A DNA stretch of 64,000 bases from Alphaproteobacteria bacterium (GCA_965243135.1 OZ251539.1:3680001-3744000); one strand, 5' to 3'. Numbered from the stretch's first letter, positions 43,430-54,262 are shown. Numbers and translations: made by a program. The notes: generated by a model not told the origin, from the letters alone.

Positions 43430-43965
43430 TCATCGCTCGGATTGATTCAGGAATTCTTCCATGGCACGGGGAAACCAATCGACGAATTCTTTGGCAGAAA
43501 GATAAAGAGCTTTTATCTCATCAAATGTCTTTTCCATGAAGAAACTACTGAAGTCCTCATGCAACATGCGATTTCTTTCTCGACCGATTTCCATAAAATC
43601 GGTGATCGATTTATTTATATATTCGTTTTCCGATACCATTTTCTGTGCGAAAATCTTGAAATTATCTCCAAAAATGGAAAAAATTTATTGGCATTTAGCA
43701 TCTTCCAATCGAACCATGTATGATACTGTCGCTCGATTGCCACTCTTCTTATAACGTGCACAACAACGTGTTCTTCCGAAGTAACTCTCTCAGCAAGCTC
43801 GATGACCGCATCTGAGAGGCGCTTTTCAAAATAACTTGCTGCTGCAATCAATAGAAGTTTTCTGAAGTTTTCATCGACTAATTGATGAAACTCCTGTCGC
43901 GGTTGACCCCGAAGAAATTCAAGGAGATCGGAAACATTCTTATAAATATCGTCAACGGTTGACAT
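43430..43965 (-). pseudogene. HEPN domain nuclease (frameshifted)
   Basis: LLIAAASYFE, RQYHTWFDW; adding one base in the A6 run at ~43678-43683 joins it to the frame containing RNRMLH (Rx4H). Confidence 0.75.
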
Positions 43966-43973
43966 AACACAAA

Positions 43974-45175
43974 TTAAACTTTCTTTGACCATAAAATTTG
44001 CTTGGCTCTTGCCAATCTTATTCCAACATTTGAGGGATTTGTCGTTCCCTGCTGTGACGCTTCCTGAAACCGCCTATCCTTTCGCAACATTTCGATTCGT
44101 CTTTCATCCAACTTATTTCTGACCATTCTCCGTCTACTGTAAGCTCTTCTGCAACTCGATGTAAAGACGGCTTCGTAGAGAGCGATGTTGAAGCGGTTGT
44201 TTGATTTGTTGATAAAAATATCCGGCGGCAAATTGGATGTAGCCTGAAGAAAAGATGCAAACAATTCTTCGAGGTATTGATTCGATTCTGGTTCTTGATC
44301 CTTGCATTTCCTTGAAAACTGATGAGAAATTTCACCATTGATGGCCTGTAGTTTTCCCCTTCTATCAGCATTGCGAATCCACGCAAAAGTATCTCTATAT
44401 CCTTCATATGCAGATCCGGAACGGAAGAGGAAACCATTTCCCTCCATCTCGGCAGCAAATTTATCTTCTTGAGCATTTCGTAGAACCCCGATTGGTGCAT
44501 GCTCATTCTGATTTCCTGGGGATGCAACGTAACGCCCCCTGTGTTGAGGCGATTGAATATTTCGTATACCGCGCTGTCATCGTCGGAAAGAGCGTTCTGT
44601 TTGATGAAAAAGCAGCGAACCGGCCTCAGATCGAGACGAGATTTATAGATCTCTCCCATGGTCGAGTAGGTTAATCCTGTCAACCCGTTTTTCTTGCCTG
44701 AAGCGCCCTCCGGCAACAGCAATTTGAAACTTCTGAAATATTCTTTGTTTTGAAATACTTCCTCCGGAATATGATTTTTTTCGTCGTAAATTCGTCGAAT
44801 TTCTTCTCGGCGATCGGCACGAGGAAAACGCTCGTTAAGAAAATAATATATCGACATCAAACGTTGTTGGCCGTCGATCAGAAGGTTGTTGTTCCGTTCG
44901 CGTTCGTATAGAAAAATCTGAGGAACGGGTAAACCCAAGATGAGAGATTCGATAAGTTTGGAGGCTCGGGGAAGATCCCAGACGTAATTACGCTGAAATC
45001 CAGGAATACGCAACCACTTCCTGTCCACAAGGTCTTTCAGCGTCATCACGTTGAAATCGCTCGGCGCGGCGGTTATCTCATATTCGCTGATCGACGCGTC
45101 ATCTCTGTTTTCTGCATAATCGTCGTACCTTTTGTCTTCGTTTAGCGTTTCCGCAGTCCGTTCACTCGCTTTCAT
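43974..45175 (-). pseudogene. DUF262 (ParB/Srx-like) protein (frameshifted)
   Basis: PGFQRNYVW, LIESLILGLPVP, IDGQQR, IFNRLNTGG; 1-nt shift near 44322. Confidence 0.85.
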
Positions 45176-45498
45176 GCCTGTTCTCCAATTTGAGGACCGT
45201 TTGTTCATGACAATGGCCGATGAACTCCAAATTCCGATTCGCCGTAAGGAAACTCATGCGGATTGTTTCTCGCGATCAAGGATGTAAAGCTACTTGATCG
45301 CATACCATGGGTACGGACAAATTGTCAAACGGACTATCGTGGTAGTCGTTTGCGTCGTTCAATGGAGGCATATAATGAAAATTTTAATTTGCGTATCGGG
45401 ACAATTTCTGCGGAAGCGCGCCTGGATCGGCGAAGTCGGCGCATACGTAAAGCGAATTGAGCCTAATGAAAAACGATCCGCGACGGTGCAACGCCGCG

Positions 45499-48400
45499 TC
45501 ACTCGCCGCATAAACGCCGAATATGGCGCAACGCCGCGGTCAACATGGCGAGATCGACCGGCGGGCCGCGTCGCATTTCGTCCAAGGTCTGACGCAGTTG
45601 CGACGCTGCGTGCCTCCGCGTCGCGTCCTCGAATGCGTCTTTTCCGGCATCCATGGCGAGGTCGGCGAGACGCGTCTGCCGAATCCGGAGTTCGTCGAGG
45701 ACAGCCGACAGCGCCGTCCTTTCCCAATCGTTCTCCGGGACGGCCGCCGCCGCCGCGCTGCGCAGCCAATCGAAGCCGTAGCGCGCGCCGACCCCGAAAT
45801 AGCTGCGAGCCGTGTCTTCGACGGCCGCGTCCTTGCGCTGCGCAAGGCGAACGATGTCGCATCCAGCGAACAGAGCGTCGAGCTGCGAGACCCGCCGGGC
45901 GAGATTCGCGGGCACCCTCCGTTTCTCGAACTGCGCCGCTCGACGGCCCAGCCGAGCCTTCAGTTCACCCGAAAGGTATTCCTCCAAAGATGCCGAAAGC
46001 GTTGCGATGCCGGGCCTGAACGCTTCGATCGCGGAAGAAACGTCGAGCGGGTCTACGGCGAGGAACCAGGTCGTCGCTCTCGGGACCAGATCCATAATCT
46101 CGAGATTGAGGTCCGTCTGGACGGCTGCGTCGACCGCGTGGTCCAGCGCTTCGATCTCCTCCCATATCGCGCGAAGGTCGAACACCTGGCGCGCGACGAG
46201 ATACGCTTGGGCGATTCGGTCCGGACTCGCGCCGGTCTCTTCGGAGAGATCGTTGACGAGAGTCGGTCCGGCCCGGTTAACGAGACTGTTCGCAAGATAG
46301 GATGCGCAGATTTCCCGCCGCAGCTTGTGCCGCGACATGAAGGCGGCGAAACGTCCGCGAAGCGCCGCGGGAAAATAGAGGTCGATATCTCCGACCAGCC
46401 ACGGGTCGTCGGGAAGGTCACTCGTCAGCAGATCGTCGTAAAGCGTCATCTTGGCATAGGCCAAGAGAACGGCGCATTCGGGGCGCGCGAGGCCTTGGCC
46501 CCGCGCCTTCCGCTCTTCCAGTTCCTCGTCCTCGGGAAGGAACTCGACCGCACGGTTCAATTTATCCGCGCGCTCGAGTGCGCGGATGAAGCGCGCGGCG
46601 TTTCCGACCGTCGCGCCGGCCCGGGCTTCGGCGTGGGTGAGCGCCATGCTCTGGCGATAGTTGTCGACCAGAACGTGCTCCGCGACGTCTTCGGTCATAT
46701 CCGCGAGCAACGAGTCGCGCTCCGGCATGTCGAGCGCGCCCGCGGCCAGGGCGTCGCCGAGCAGAATCTTGATGTTGACCTCCTGGTCCGAAGATCCGAC
46801 GCCGGCCGAGTTGTCGATGAAGTCGGAGTTGATGCGACCGCCCTGCAAGGCGTATTCGATGCGGCCGGACTGGGTGAAGCCCATGTTCGCGCCCTCGCCC
46901 ACCACGCCGCACCTCAGTTCGCAGGCGTCCACGCGAATTTCGTCGTTCGCCCGATCTCCGACTTCGCCGTGGGATTCGCTCGATGCCTTCACGAAGGTGC
47001 CGATCCCGCCGAACCAGAGCAGGTCTACCTGCAAGGTCAGCATCGCTCTGATTAGCTGCTTCGGGGTCGCCTGCTCGGGCACGCCGAACAGTTTCCGCAT
47101 ACTGGCGCTTGTCCGTATCGTCTTGGCCGACCGTTCGAAAACGCCGCCGCCTTTCGAGATCAGGGCGCCGTCGTAATCCAGCCAGGAGGAACGCTGCTTG
47201 CGGAACAGCCGGCGGCGTTCGTTCCAGCTTGCCTCCGGGTCGGGATCGGGGTCGACGAAGATGTGGGCGTGATTGAACGCGCCGATCAGCTTGACGCGTT
47301 TCGATAGCAACATGCCGTTGCCGAACACGTCGCCCGACATGTCCCCGACTCCGACGACGGTGAAGTTCTCGTTCCTGACGTCCAGTCCGGCTTCGCGGAA
47401 ATGACGCGCTACCGAGACCCATGCTCCCCGCGCGGTTATGCCCATTTTCTTGTGGTCGTAACCAGCGGAACCGCCGGACGCAAAGGCGTCGTGCAGCCAG
47501 AATCCGTATTCCTGAGCGATCCGGTTGGCGATGTCCGAGAACGTCGCCGTTCCCTTGTCCGCCGCGACCACGAGGTAAGGATCGTCTTCGTCGCGCCGGA
47601 CGACGTTGTCCGGGGGAACGATACGGCCGCCCTCGAGGTTGTCGGTGACGTCAAGCAAGCCCCGGATCAGCGTCCGATAACAGGCGACGCCTTCTTCGAG
47701 CAGCCGGCCGCGGTCCTCCGGCGGCTTCTTCACGACGAAGCCGCCCTTGGCGCCGACCGGGATGATGACCGCGTTCTTGGTCATCTGGGCCTTCATCAAG
47801 CCGAGAATTTCGGCGCGGAAGTCCTCGCGCCGGTCGGACCAGCGAATGCCGCCCCGCGCGACCAGTCCGCCGCGCAGATGGATGCCCTCCATGCGTGGCG
47901 AGTAGACGAAGATTTCGCGCGCGGGGCGCGGCAGCGGGAGGTCGGCGATCTTCCCGCTATCGAACTTGAACGACAGATACTGTTTCGGGGCGCCGCGGTC
48001 GTCGGCCTGATAGAAATTGGTGCGCAACGTGGCTTCGACGAGGTTGAGGAACCGCCTGATTATCCTGTCTTCGTCCGGGCTTTCCACCTTGTCCAGCGCA
48101 CCGCCGATCCTGCGGCGCAGCGCGTTGGAGGAAGGGCCTTTGTAATTCGGCGCGAACAGGCTTTCGAACAGAGAGGCGAGGTCGCGCAGAACGCCGCCGT
48201 TTCGCAGGAGCGTTTCGGTCATGTAGGCTTCGCCGAACGGAATGCCCGTCTGACGCAGATACCTGCTCAACGCCCGAAGCACGACGATCAGTCTCCATTC
48301 GAGGCCGGACGAAATCACCAGACCGTTCAGGCCGTCGTTCTCGACCTCGTTTCGCCACACGCGCTCGAACGTCCGTTCGAACGCGTCCCTGACGGCCTTC

Positions 48401-50169
48401 AAATCCAGATCCCATCGCGACTCCATCCCGAAATCGTGGAGCCAGACAGTGTCGCCTCCCTCCGTTCGGATTCTGTGTGGAATCTCCTCGATGACCCTCA
48501 GGCCCATGTTTTCCAGCATGGGAATGATGTCGGACAGGGGCAGCGCCCGGCCGCGGTGGAACACCTTGAACCGGACCGCGCGGCCGGGCGCGCCTTCGGG
48601 CCGGTAGAGTTCCATTCCGAGTTCGCCGGTCTCGATCGCCGATTCGATCGCGGCGATGTCCTCGACGGCAGCCGTTCCCGGAAAGCGGTCCCGGTAGGCT
48701 GCGGGAAACGCGCTGCGAAAACGCTCGAACACCGCGCCGCCGGCGCTATGCCCATGCCTCTCCTCCAGCGCCGCCGCGAGGTCCTCCGACCAGTCCCGGC
48801 AGGCCTCGACGACAGCCGCTTCCGCGCTCTCGATCTTCTTGCGGGACGGCGGCGCCGGGGTTTTGACCACGAAATGCAATCGGCCGTGCACGGCGTCGGA
48901 AAGCTGGGCGTAGAACGCCGTCACCGTTCCGCCGAAACCCGCTTCGAGGATCTTGCTGACGCGGCGGCGCAGCCTCGTGTCGAAACGTTCTCTCGGCACG
49001 CAGACGAAGCACGAGACATAGCGGCCCAGAGGATCGCGGCAGACGAACATCGCCACGTTCCGGTGCCGCTGCAGATGAAGGATTCCTGTCGCGATTCCGT
49101 GGAGTTCGCGTTCGCCCATCTGAAACATCTCGTCGCGCGGCAGCGTGTGGAGAATGTGGACGAGCGCCCTGCCGTCGTGGCTGCTCGGAGAAACGCGGGA
49201 TCGCTTCACGACCGCTTCGATCTTGCGCCGGATGACGGGAATGGCGTCGAGCGGCTGATTGTAGACCGAGGAGGTGAACAGGCCGGCGAACAGCTTTGCC
49301 GGGCCGCCCGGCGCCGTGCGGACGAGAACGGCGTCCATGACCGTATTGCGGTGCACGGTGGACCGCCTGTCGGTCTTGATGATAGAAAACCGCCGCCCAA
49401 GAGATTCCAGAACATCCGAACCGTTTCCGAAACCCTCGAACGCCATCGCGTCGTCGCGCAACAGGCCAAGGCCTGCCGCGGATACGCCATCGCCGTATTC
49501 GCGATACCCCAGGAACGTGAAATTGTCTTCGGCCAGCCAGAGCAGGAGGTCCGCCGTTTCGCCGGAGGACGGGTTCAGTTCGCCGACCGCGTCGCCCAGG
49601 CGGTCGAGCATCGGTCGCCAGTCCCTGACCGCGCGCCGGACGTCGGCGAGCACGCCGCCAAGCGAAGAAGACAGCTCGCGGCGAGCGGCTCCGTCAGCCC
49701 GTTCGGCGATCTGAACGTGCATGACCGCTTCGGAGCGGGAAGCGGGCGCTTCCGCTCCGACGCCGACAAGGTTGCCCGAGAGATCCCGCGCCATCGGCAT
49801 GACGGGATGAATGAGGACATGGACATCGAGGTTGCGACGTTCGAGTTCGCCGAGGATCGAATCGACCAGAAACGGCATGTCGTCGTTGACGATCTCGACC
49901 ACGGTGCGATCGACCGTCCAGCCGTCCTTGCGGACGGTCGGGGTGAAGACCCGCACCTTGCTTCTGCCCCGCCTGCGGGTCTGAGCGAAATTCCAGAGCG
50001 ACGCCGCCGCGCCGCGCCATCCGTCTGGATCGCCGTAGGCCCAGGGCTGCGCGTTCGCGAAGAACTCGCGGACGAATCCGTCCGCCGCGTCCGCCATCTT
50101 TCCCTGTCCGCGCCGGACGCTGTCCGCGATGCGGTCCACGAATGCCCGTTTCTCCGCGCCGGAGCGCAT
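45499..50169 (-). CDS. gdhB: Large NAD-specific glutamate dehydrogenase
   Basis: DDMPFLVDS, ARGGIRWSDR, VAADKGTATFSD, GVGDMSGDVFGNG, EGAN. Confidence 0.95.
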   Translation of the reverse strand: MRSGAEKRAFVDRIADSVRRGQGKMADAADGFVREFFANAQPWAYGDPDGWRGAAASLWNFAQTRRRGRSKVRVFTPTVRKDGWTVDRTVVEIVNDDMPFLVDSILGELERRNLDVHVLIHPVMPMARDLSGNLVGVGAEAPASRSEAVMHVQIAERADGAARRELSSSLGGVLADVRRAVRDWRPMLDRLGDAVGELNPSSGETADLLLWLAEDNFTFLGYREYGDGVSAAGLGLLRDDAMAFEGFGNGSDVLESLGRRFSIIKTDRRSTVHRNTVMDAVLVRTAPGGPAKLFAGLFTSSVYNQPLDAIPVIRRKIEAVVKRSRVSPSSHDGRALVHILHTLPRDEMFQMGERELHGIATGILHLQRHRNVAMFVCRDPLGRYVSCFVCVPRERFDTRLRRRVSKILEAGFGGTVTAFYAQLSDAVHGRLHFVVKTPAPPSRKKIESAEAAVVEACRDWSEDLAAALEERHGHSAGGAVFERFRSAFPAAYRDRFPGTAAVEDIAAIESAIETGELGMELYRPEGAPGRAVRFKVFHRGRALPLSDIIPMLENMGLRVIEEIPHRIRTEGGDTVWLHDFGMESRWDLDLKAVRDAFERTFERVWRNEVENDGLNGLVISSGLEWRLIVVLRALSRYLRQTGIPFGEAYMTETLLRNGGVLRDLASLFESLFAPNYKGPSSNALRRRIGGALDKVESPDEDRIIRRFLNLVEATLRTNFYQADDRGAPKQYLSFKFDSGKIADLPLPRPAREIFVYSPRMEGIHLRGGLVARGGIRWSDRREDFRAEILGLMKAQMTKNAVIIPVGAKGGFVVKKPPEDRGRLLEEGVACYRTLIRGLLDVTDNLEGGRIVPPDNVVRRDEDDPYLVVAADKGTATFSDIANRIAQEYGFWLHDAFASGGSAGYDHKKMGITARGAWVSVARHFREAGLDVRNENFTVVGVGDMSGDVFGNGMLLSKRVKLIGAFNHAHIFVDPDPDPEASWNERRRLFRKQRSSWLDYDGALISKGGGVFERSAKTIRTSASMRKLFGVPEQATPKQLIRAMLTLQVDLLWFGGIGTFVKASSESHGEVGDRANDEIRVDACELRCGVVGEGANMGFTQSGRIEYALQGGRINSDFIDNSAGVGSSDQEVNIKILLGDALAAGALDMPERDSLLADMTEDVAEHVLVDNYRQSMALTHAEARAGATVGNAARFIRALERADKLNRAVEFLPEDEELEERKARGQGLARPECAVLLAYAKMTLYDDLLTSDLPDDPWLVGDIDLYFPAALRGRFAAFMSRHKLRREICASYLANSLVNRAGPTLVNDLSEETGASPDRIAQAYLVARQVFDLRAIWEEIEALDHAVDAAVQTDLNLEIMDLVPRATTWFLAVDPLDVSSAIEAFRPGIATLSASLEEYLSGELKARLGRRAAQFEKRRVPANLARRVSQLDALFAGCDIVRLAQRKDAAVEDTARSYFGVGARYGFDWLRSAAAAAVPENDWERTALSAVLDELRIRQTRLADLAMDAGKDAFEDATRRHAASQLRQTLDEMRRGPPVDLAMLTAALRHIRRLCGE

Positions 50170-50252
50170 TTTTGCTTCTCCGTCCTCGGTTGCGCTCCGG
50201 CGCCCGCCCTGCCCGGCGTCGGCGGCCCCGCGAAAGGTTAACCGCCCGCGCC

Positions 50253-51590
50253 ATGGATTCAAGGCTGTCCAAGTGCCTCGGGGCCAGCCGGCTCTTGCGT
50301 CCGGAACCGTTGCTGTTCCTTCTCTGGGCGCTTGAGCTCGCGCGTCTCGCTTGGGATTCCGAAACGGCGCGATCCGCGGGCGGCCTCATGATGGCGGCTT
50401 ACGTCGTATTGTCGATCATGCGCTTGCGGCGAGCTACAATGTGGCTCTGCGCGCCGCTCGCCTTCCTGGCGGCCGCTCTAGCGCAGGCGTTCGGCTCGTG
50501 GAGCGAAGTCGTTCGGGGTTTCGAGAGTGCCGCGATCTTCATGGCCTTTTTCGGCTCCATCGTGCTTTTGCGCGGCCTGGCGGATCGGCGTCCCGAGATT
50601 TCCCGCACGCGCAGGCTGTTCGCCGGCCTCGGCGAAAAGGAAACTTCGGGCGCGTTTCTCGTCGGCGCGCACGTCATCGGCTCGATTCTGGTGGTGGGCG
50701 CGCTGGCGATCTTGGCGTCCATCGCGAAGGGCGGCGCAACGGCGCGGCGGCGCGCCGCCGAGGCGAGTCAACGCGGCCTGTGCCTCGCGCCCCTATGGTC
50801 TCCCTTCTGGATCGCGAGCGCATTCGTCGCCCGCCAGATTCCGGGAGTTCCCGCGTGGGAAGTCATGACGCTCGGCCTTGCGCTCGCCGCGACCGGACTG
50901 ACGGTCGCCCATCTGATCTACGCGCGAAGGACCGGGATGCCGGAGCTGTGGAGAGCGGTGCGAGGATTCGCCCCGCTCCTGCCTCCTGTCGCGCTCTGCG
51001 CGGCGATGATCGCGGGGCTGTCGGCGGCCGCCGGGTTCGGCACCCTCGAAGCGTTGATCGCGACGGTGCCGGTTCTGGCGCTCGTCGCGCTCGCGTCGCA
51101 GCGAGGCGTTCGTTTCGGGCCTCTCGCGGGAGATCTCTGGCGCGGCGCGGGACAGGTTCGCGACGAGATCGTGATCGTTGCGACGGCTCTCGTCCTCGGA
51201 CGCGTCCTCGAAAGCGCCTTGTCCGGAATCGACCTCGCGGTCGGCGCGTTGCCGCCGTGGGCCGCGGTCGGCTGCGTCGTCGCTGCGATCACCATCGGAG
51301 CTCTGGTGGGAATTCACCAGCTTGTCTCCGTCGTCGTCGCGCTGGTCGTTTTCGCGCCCCTGACAACGAACGTGGCGGACGTCGTCATGACGGAAGCGGC
51401 CCTTCTCGGCTGGGCGTTCGCCTCCATGGTGGGCGTAACCGCCGTTTCCACGGCGACGGCGAGCGCGATGTTCTCGGTTCCTCGCATCCAGTTGGTCTAC
51501 GGCCCCAATTTGATGTTCGTAGCCGCATTCGGGGCGATCTCGGTCGTTCTGCTCGCGATCGTCAACGAGATCCTTTCCGCTCCGTCCTGA
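50253..51590 (+). CDS. Multi-pass membrane protein (putative permease)
   Basis: ~12 hydrophobic segments, RG...APLWSPF motif. Confidence 0.7.
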   Translation: MDSRLSKCLGASRLLRPEPLLFLLWALELARLAWDSETARSAGGLMMAAYVVLSIMRLRRATMWLCAPLAFLAAALAQAFGSWSEVVRGFESAAIFMAFFGSIVLLRGLADRRPEISRTRRLFAGLGEKETSGAFLVGAHVIGSILVVGALAILASIAKGGATARRRAAEASQRGLCLAPLWSPFWIASAFVARQIPGVPAWEVMTLGLALAATGLTVAHLIYARRTGMPELWRAVRGFAPLLPPVALCAAMIAGLSAAAGFGTLEALIATVPVLALVALASQRGVRFGPLAGDLWRGAGQVRDEIVIVATALVLGRVLESALSGIDLAVGALPPWAAVGCVVAAITIGALVGIHQLVSVVVALVVFAPLTTNVADVVMTEAALLGWAFASMVGVTAVSTATASAMFSVPRIQLVYGPNLMFVAAFGAISVVLLAIVNEILSAPS

Positions 51591-51639
51591 GCGCCGCGCG
51601 CCGCGATTTCGCCGACTCGCAGCCGTCGATCGAATCTCC

Positions 51640-51960
51640 ATGAAATTCGTCGCAAAAAATCCTTCAGAGGTTGTAAGATAGACAAATCGAGAGCCCAATA
51701 TTTTTGATTTCCGTATTCGTTGGCGTTTGTTTCAATGCCAAGGGCTTCGCAATAAGCATAAACTCTCGCCTTGGAATTAGGTGAAACGTAATTGTCCCAA
51801 GCGCTTTTGAGGCAACCCTCGCAGGAATCAAAGCAATCGTATGTTCTTTCATGTCCAAGAACAGCTATTCTTTCCAAAAGCGTTTCAAGGCATCCAGGGT
51901 CGCGGTCATTCGGAAAGAGGAAAAAATGCAAATCGGCAAAGAAAGCTGATGAATTTCATT
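51640..51960 (-). pseudogene. C-terminal fragment of a DUF3226-like protein
   Basis: FFLFPND..PGCLETLL..KARVYAY..YW.L....LQPLKDFL; AT-rich; N-terminus lost at the IS junction. Confidence 0.55.
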
Positions 51961-52011
51961 CTCCAAGGTTATTCGCTCTTCTAATACCAAACCTCCCCCT
52001 ATCAACTCCGA

Positions 52012-53120
52012 TGGGATGGACGCTCCTCCCCGGCGGCATCACGTTGTGCCATAGTGCTGTCGAACCACAACATATGGAGAGAGGACGGAACAGGTCAGCA
52101 TAATCGGCCTGGCGAAGCGGAGTTTCTCGCTTCACGGCGCTCGAGCGGACGGCGCGTTTCGCCGGACCCTCGGCCGCCCGAAGGTTCCGGACTTCCTGAA
52201 GCGACAGCCGAAGTGCATCGTGGAGGCGCAGCTCGCACTACTGGGGCCGGGAGAAGCTTGGCCACGAGGTCAGGTTGTCGCCGCCCGTCAAGCCGTTCGT
52301 CAAGCGTCGGAAGAACGACGCGGGCGGACGCCGAAGCGGCACCGACGTCGTCGCCGTGAAGACCGAGGAACGGCAGTGGGCGGCATGCGCGCAGCCTGGC
52401 AGCGGCGGACGGCGCTTCGCGGTCGCGGAGTTCGGCCTCGTGGTTCCCCAAGGCACCGCCAACGTCAGGAAGCTCGAAGATGCGTTGCCGCCTGCCCGAC
52501 CTGGTACGCCGCACTGTTGGAGCAGCAGTCCGAAAAAGAAGATCGACGAGCGAAAGGGCGCTTGCGAAGGAGGACTCGAAGCGGAGCATCCGGGGTCGGT
52601 CCCTTGACCGCTTCGGCAGCCTTCGCGCCGGGAGAACCGGGGCGCGACTTCGCGGCCTGACCGACGCCGGGAGAGGACAGCGCGGGCGGCAAAGTCAGGC
52701 TCGGCCACGGGCCAGCGTGACAGAGCATCGGCGCAATGTCGGTCGTTCGGTTGGCGAAACGACGCGGGACGGGCTCGTGGCTGGCGCTTGCGACCAAGCC
52801 TCCGAAGCTGGCGGCGGCTGACCAACGGCGCGTACCGCCTGGGCACTGCTGACGAAGAAGGAGTTCTACCAGGCGGCGGCTGCCGACTGAGGGTTTCCCG
52901 GGATCCGACGGCGCCAGCGCCGGACGTCGGGGGCAAGGACGGAGGGAGAGTAAGGGCAAATGGTCGCGGGCAAACCAGCTGCACTTCTTGTGCGGCACGC
53001 ACTTGGACCCGGTCCGCGTATCGCTGTCCGCGGCCACTGAAGCCGCATCCAGATGCACGAATGTACTTGACGCACCGAGCTTTCCAAAATGCTTGCATCA
53101 ACGGGGGCGTCCATACACGA
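52012..53120 (+). mobile_element. IS1111-type (IS110 family) element, decayed
   Basis: Subterminal IRs atggacgc.cc (52016) / gggggcgtccat (53103-53114); KPFVKRRKND, GVGPLTASAF, RDFAA; downstream non-coding region. Confidence 0.88.
52900..53100 (+). ncRNA. Putative seek/bridge RNA region of the IS1111 element
   Basis: Non-coding region 3' of the transposase; TGCACTTC (52980-52987) is complementary to the insertion junction GAAGTGCA (53119-53126). Confidence 0.5.
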
Positions 53121-53248
53121 AGTGCAATACCGGCGGTCGGCAGCGCCAAGGCAGTACGGGTTGGCCGGTGAGTCAAGGTGCCGGGGCTGTGGGGGCGTTC
53201 GCCGCAGGGAGGGCGTAGCCCGCCCGGAGGCGAACGCCCCCGCCGCAG
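53121..53248. repeat. IS30-end relic homologous to 1968-2074
   Basis: Shared tgcaataccgg.ggtcggca...cgccaaggcagta...gggttggccggtgagtcaagg...ggcgaacgcccccg.cgcagc. Confidence 0.85.
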
Positions 53249-53386
53249 CCCTCTCTCGCGGCTGCCGCTCGCCGCGCTTCGGAGACCCAGGGCGCAGTGA
53301 AGGCGCCCGGCCCGCCCCGAAGCCGGCGGCTCGAAGCGGGGCGGCGCAGACCTCCGCCTCCGGGCGGACGGCGGCCGACGAAAAAA

Positions 53387-53415
53387 TTGAACGGCGCGAA
53401 CGCCTGGCGTATGAT
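53387..53415 (+). promoter_or_regulatory. Sigma70 promoter, repeat unit 1
   Basis: TTGAAC-N17-TATGAT. Confidence 0.7.
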
Positions 53416-53441
53416 CGCTGTCCCGAACTCGCCGAGGCAGG

Positions 53442-53747
53442 GTGAAACTCATGGAACAGTTCTCTCCCGAACTAATCGCCATTCTTGGCGTCGGCGTTGC
53501 CGTTCTCAGCCTCGGCGTTGCGGTTATGGGGCTGGTTCTTCATCAGGGCCGTCGGCTCGACCGCCGGATCGACGCCCTCGCCGTGCACATGAACGAACAA
53601 CACCGGCAGACGAACGAGCAAATCCGGCAGACGAACGAGCAAATCCGGATTTTGAGCGATCGCGTGGCGCGGATCGAGGGCAAACTCGATCTGTTCGAGA
53701 CTTTCATCACGCACCGGAGCGAACCGCCGACCGTGGCGGCGGAGTAG
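53442..53747 (+). CDS. Small N-terminal TM + coiled-coil protein, copy 1
   Basis: Hydrophobic N-terminus, RQTNEQI heptads, LSDRVARIEG; alternative start ATG 53451. Confidence 0.8.
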   Translation: MKLMEQFSPELIAILGVGVAVLSLGVAVMGLVLHQGRRLDRRIDALAVHMNEQHRQTNEQIRQTNEQIRILSDRVARIEGKLDLFETFITHRSEPPTVAAE

Positions 53748-53922
53748 CGCGCGAAGCCCGGCAAGCCGCACCGCCCGACGCAGCCCTCTCTCGCGGCTGC
53801 CGCTCGCCGCGCTTCGGAGACCCAGGGCGCAGTGAAAGCGCCGAGATCCGCCCCGAAGCCGGCGGCGCGAAACGGGGCGGCGCAGACCTTCGCCTCCGGA
53901 CGGACGGCGGCCGACGAAAAAA

Positions 53923-53951
53923 TTGAACGGCGCGAACGCCTGGCGTATGAT
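53923..53951 (+). promoter_or_regulatory. Sigma70 promoter, repeat unit 2
   Basis: TTGAAC-N17-TATGAT. Confidence 0.7.
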
Positions 53952-53977
53952 CGCTGTCCCGAACTCGCCGAAGCAGG

Positions 53978-54262
53978 GTGAAACTCATGGAACAGTTCTC
54001 TCCCGAACTAATCGCCATTCTTGGCGTCGGCGTTGCGGTTATGGGGCTGGTTCTTCATCAGGGCCGTCGGCTCGACCGCCGGATCGACGCCCTCGCCGTG
54101 CACATGAACGAACAACACCGGCAGACGAACGAGCAATTCCGGCAGACGAACGAGCAAATCCGGATTTTGAGCGATCGCGTGGCGCGGATCGAGGGCAAGC
54201 TCGATCTGTTCGAGACTTTCATCGCGCACCGGAGCGAACCGCCGACCGTGGCGGCGGAATAG
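53978..54262 (+). CDS. Small N-terminal TM + coiled-coil protein, copy 2
   Basis: Same as copy 1 except 7 aa fewer in the TM region and 2 substitutions. Confidence 0.8.
   Translation: MKLMEQFSPELIAILGVGVAVMGLVLHQGRRLDRRIDALAVHMNEQHRQTNEQFRQTNEQIRILSDRVARIEGKLDLFETFIAHRSEPPTVAAE

Noticed and set aside
45210-45490. Short AT-rich ORFs upstream of DUF262
   Set aside because: No motifs; cannot be supported as genes
47401-50241. 946-aa plus-strand ORF (and similar shadows of acs, amtB and the dehydrogenase)
   Set aside because: Antisense shadows caused by GC codon bias
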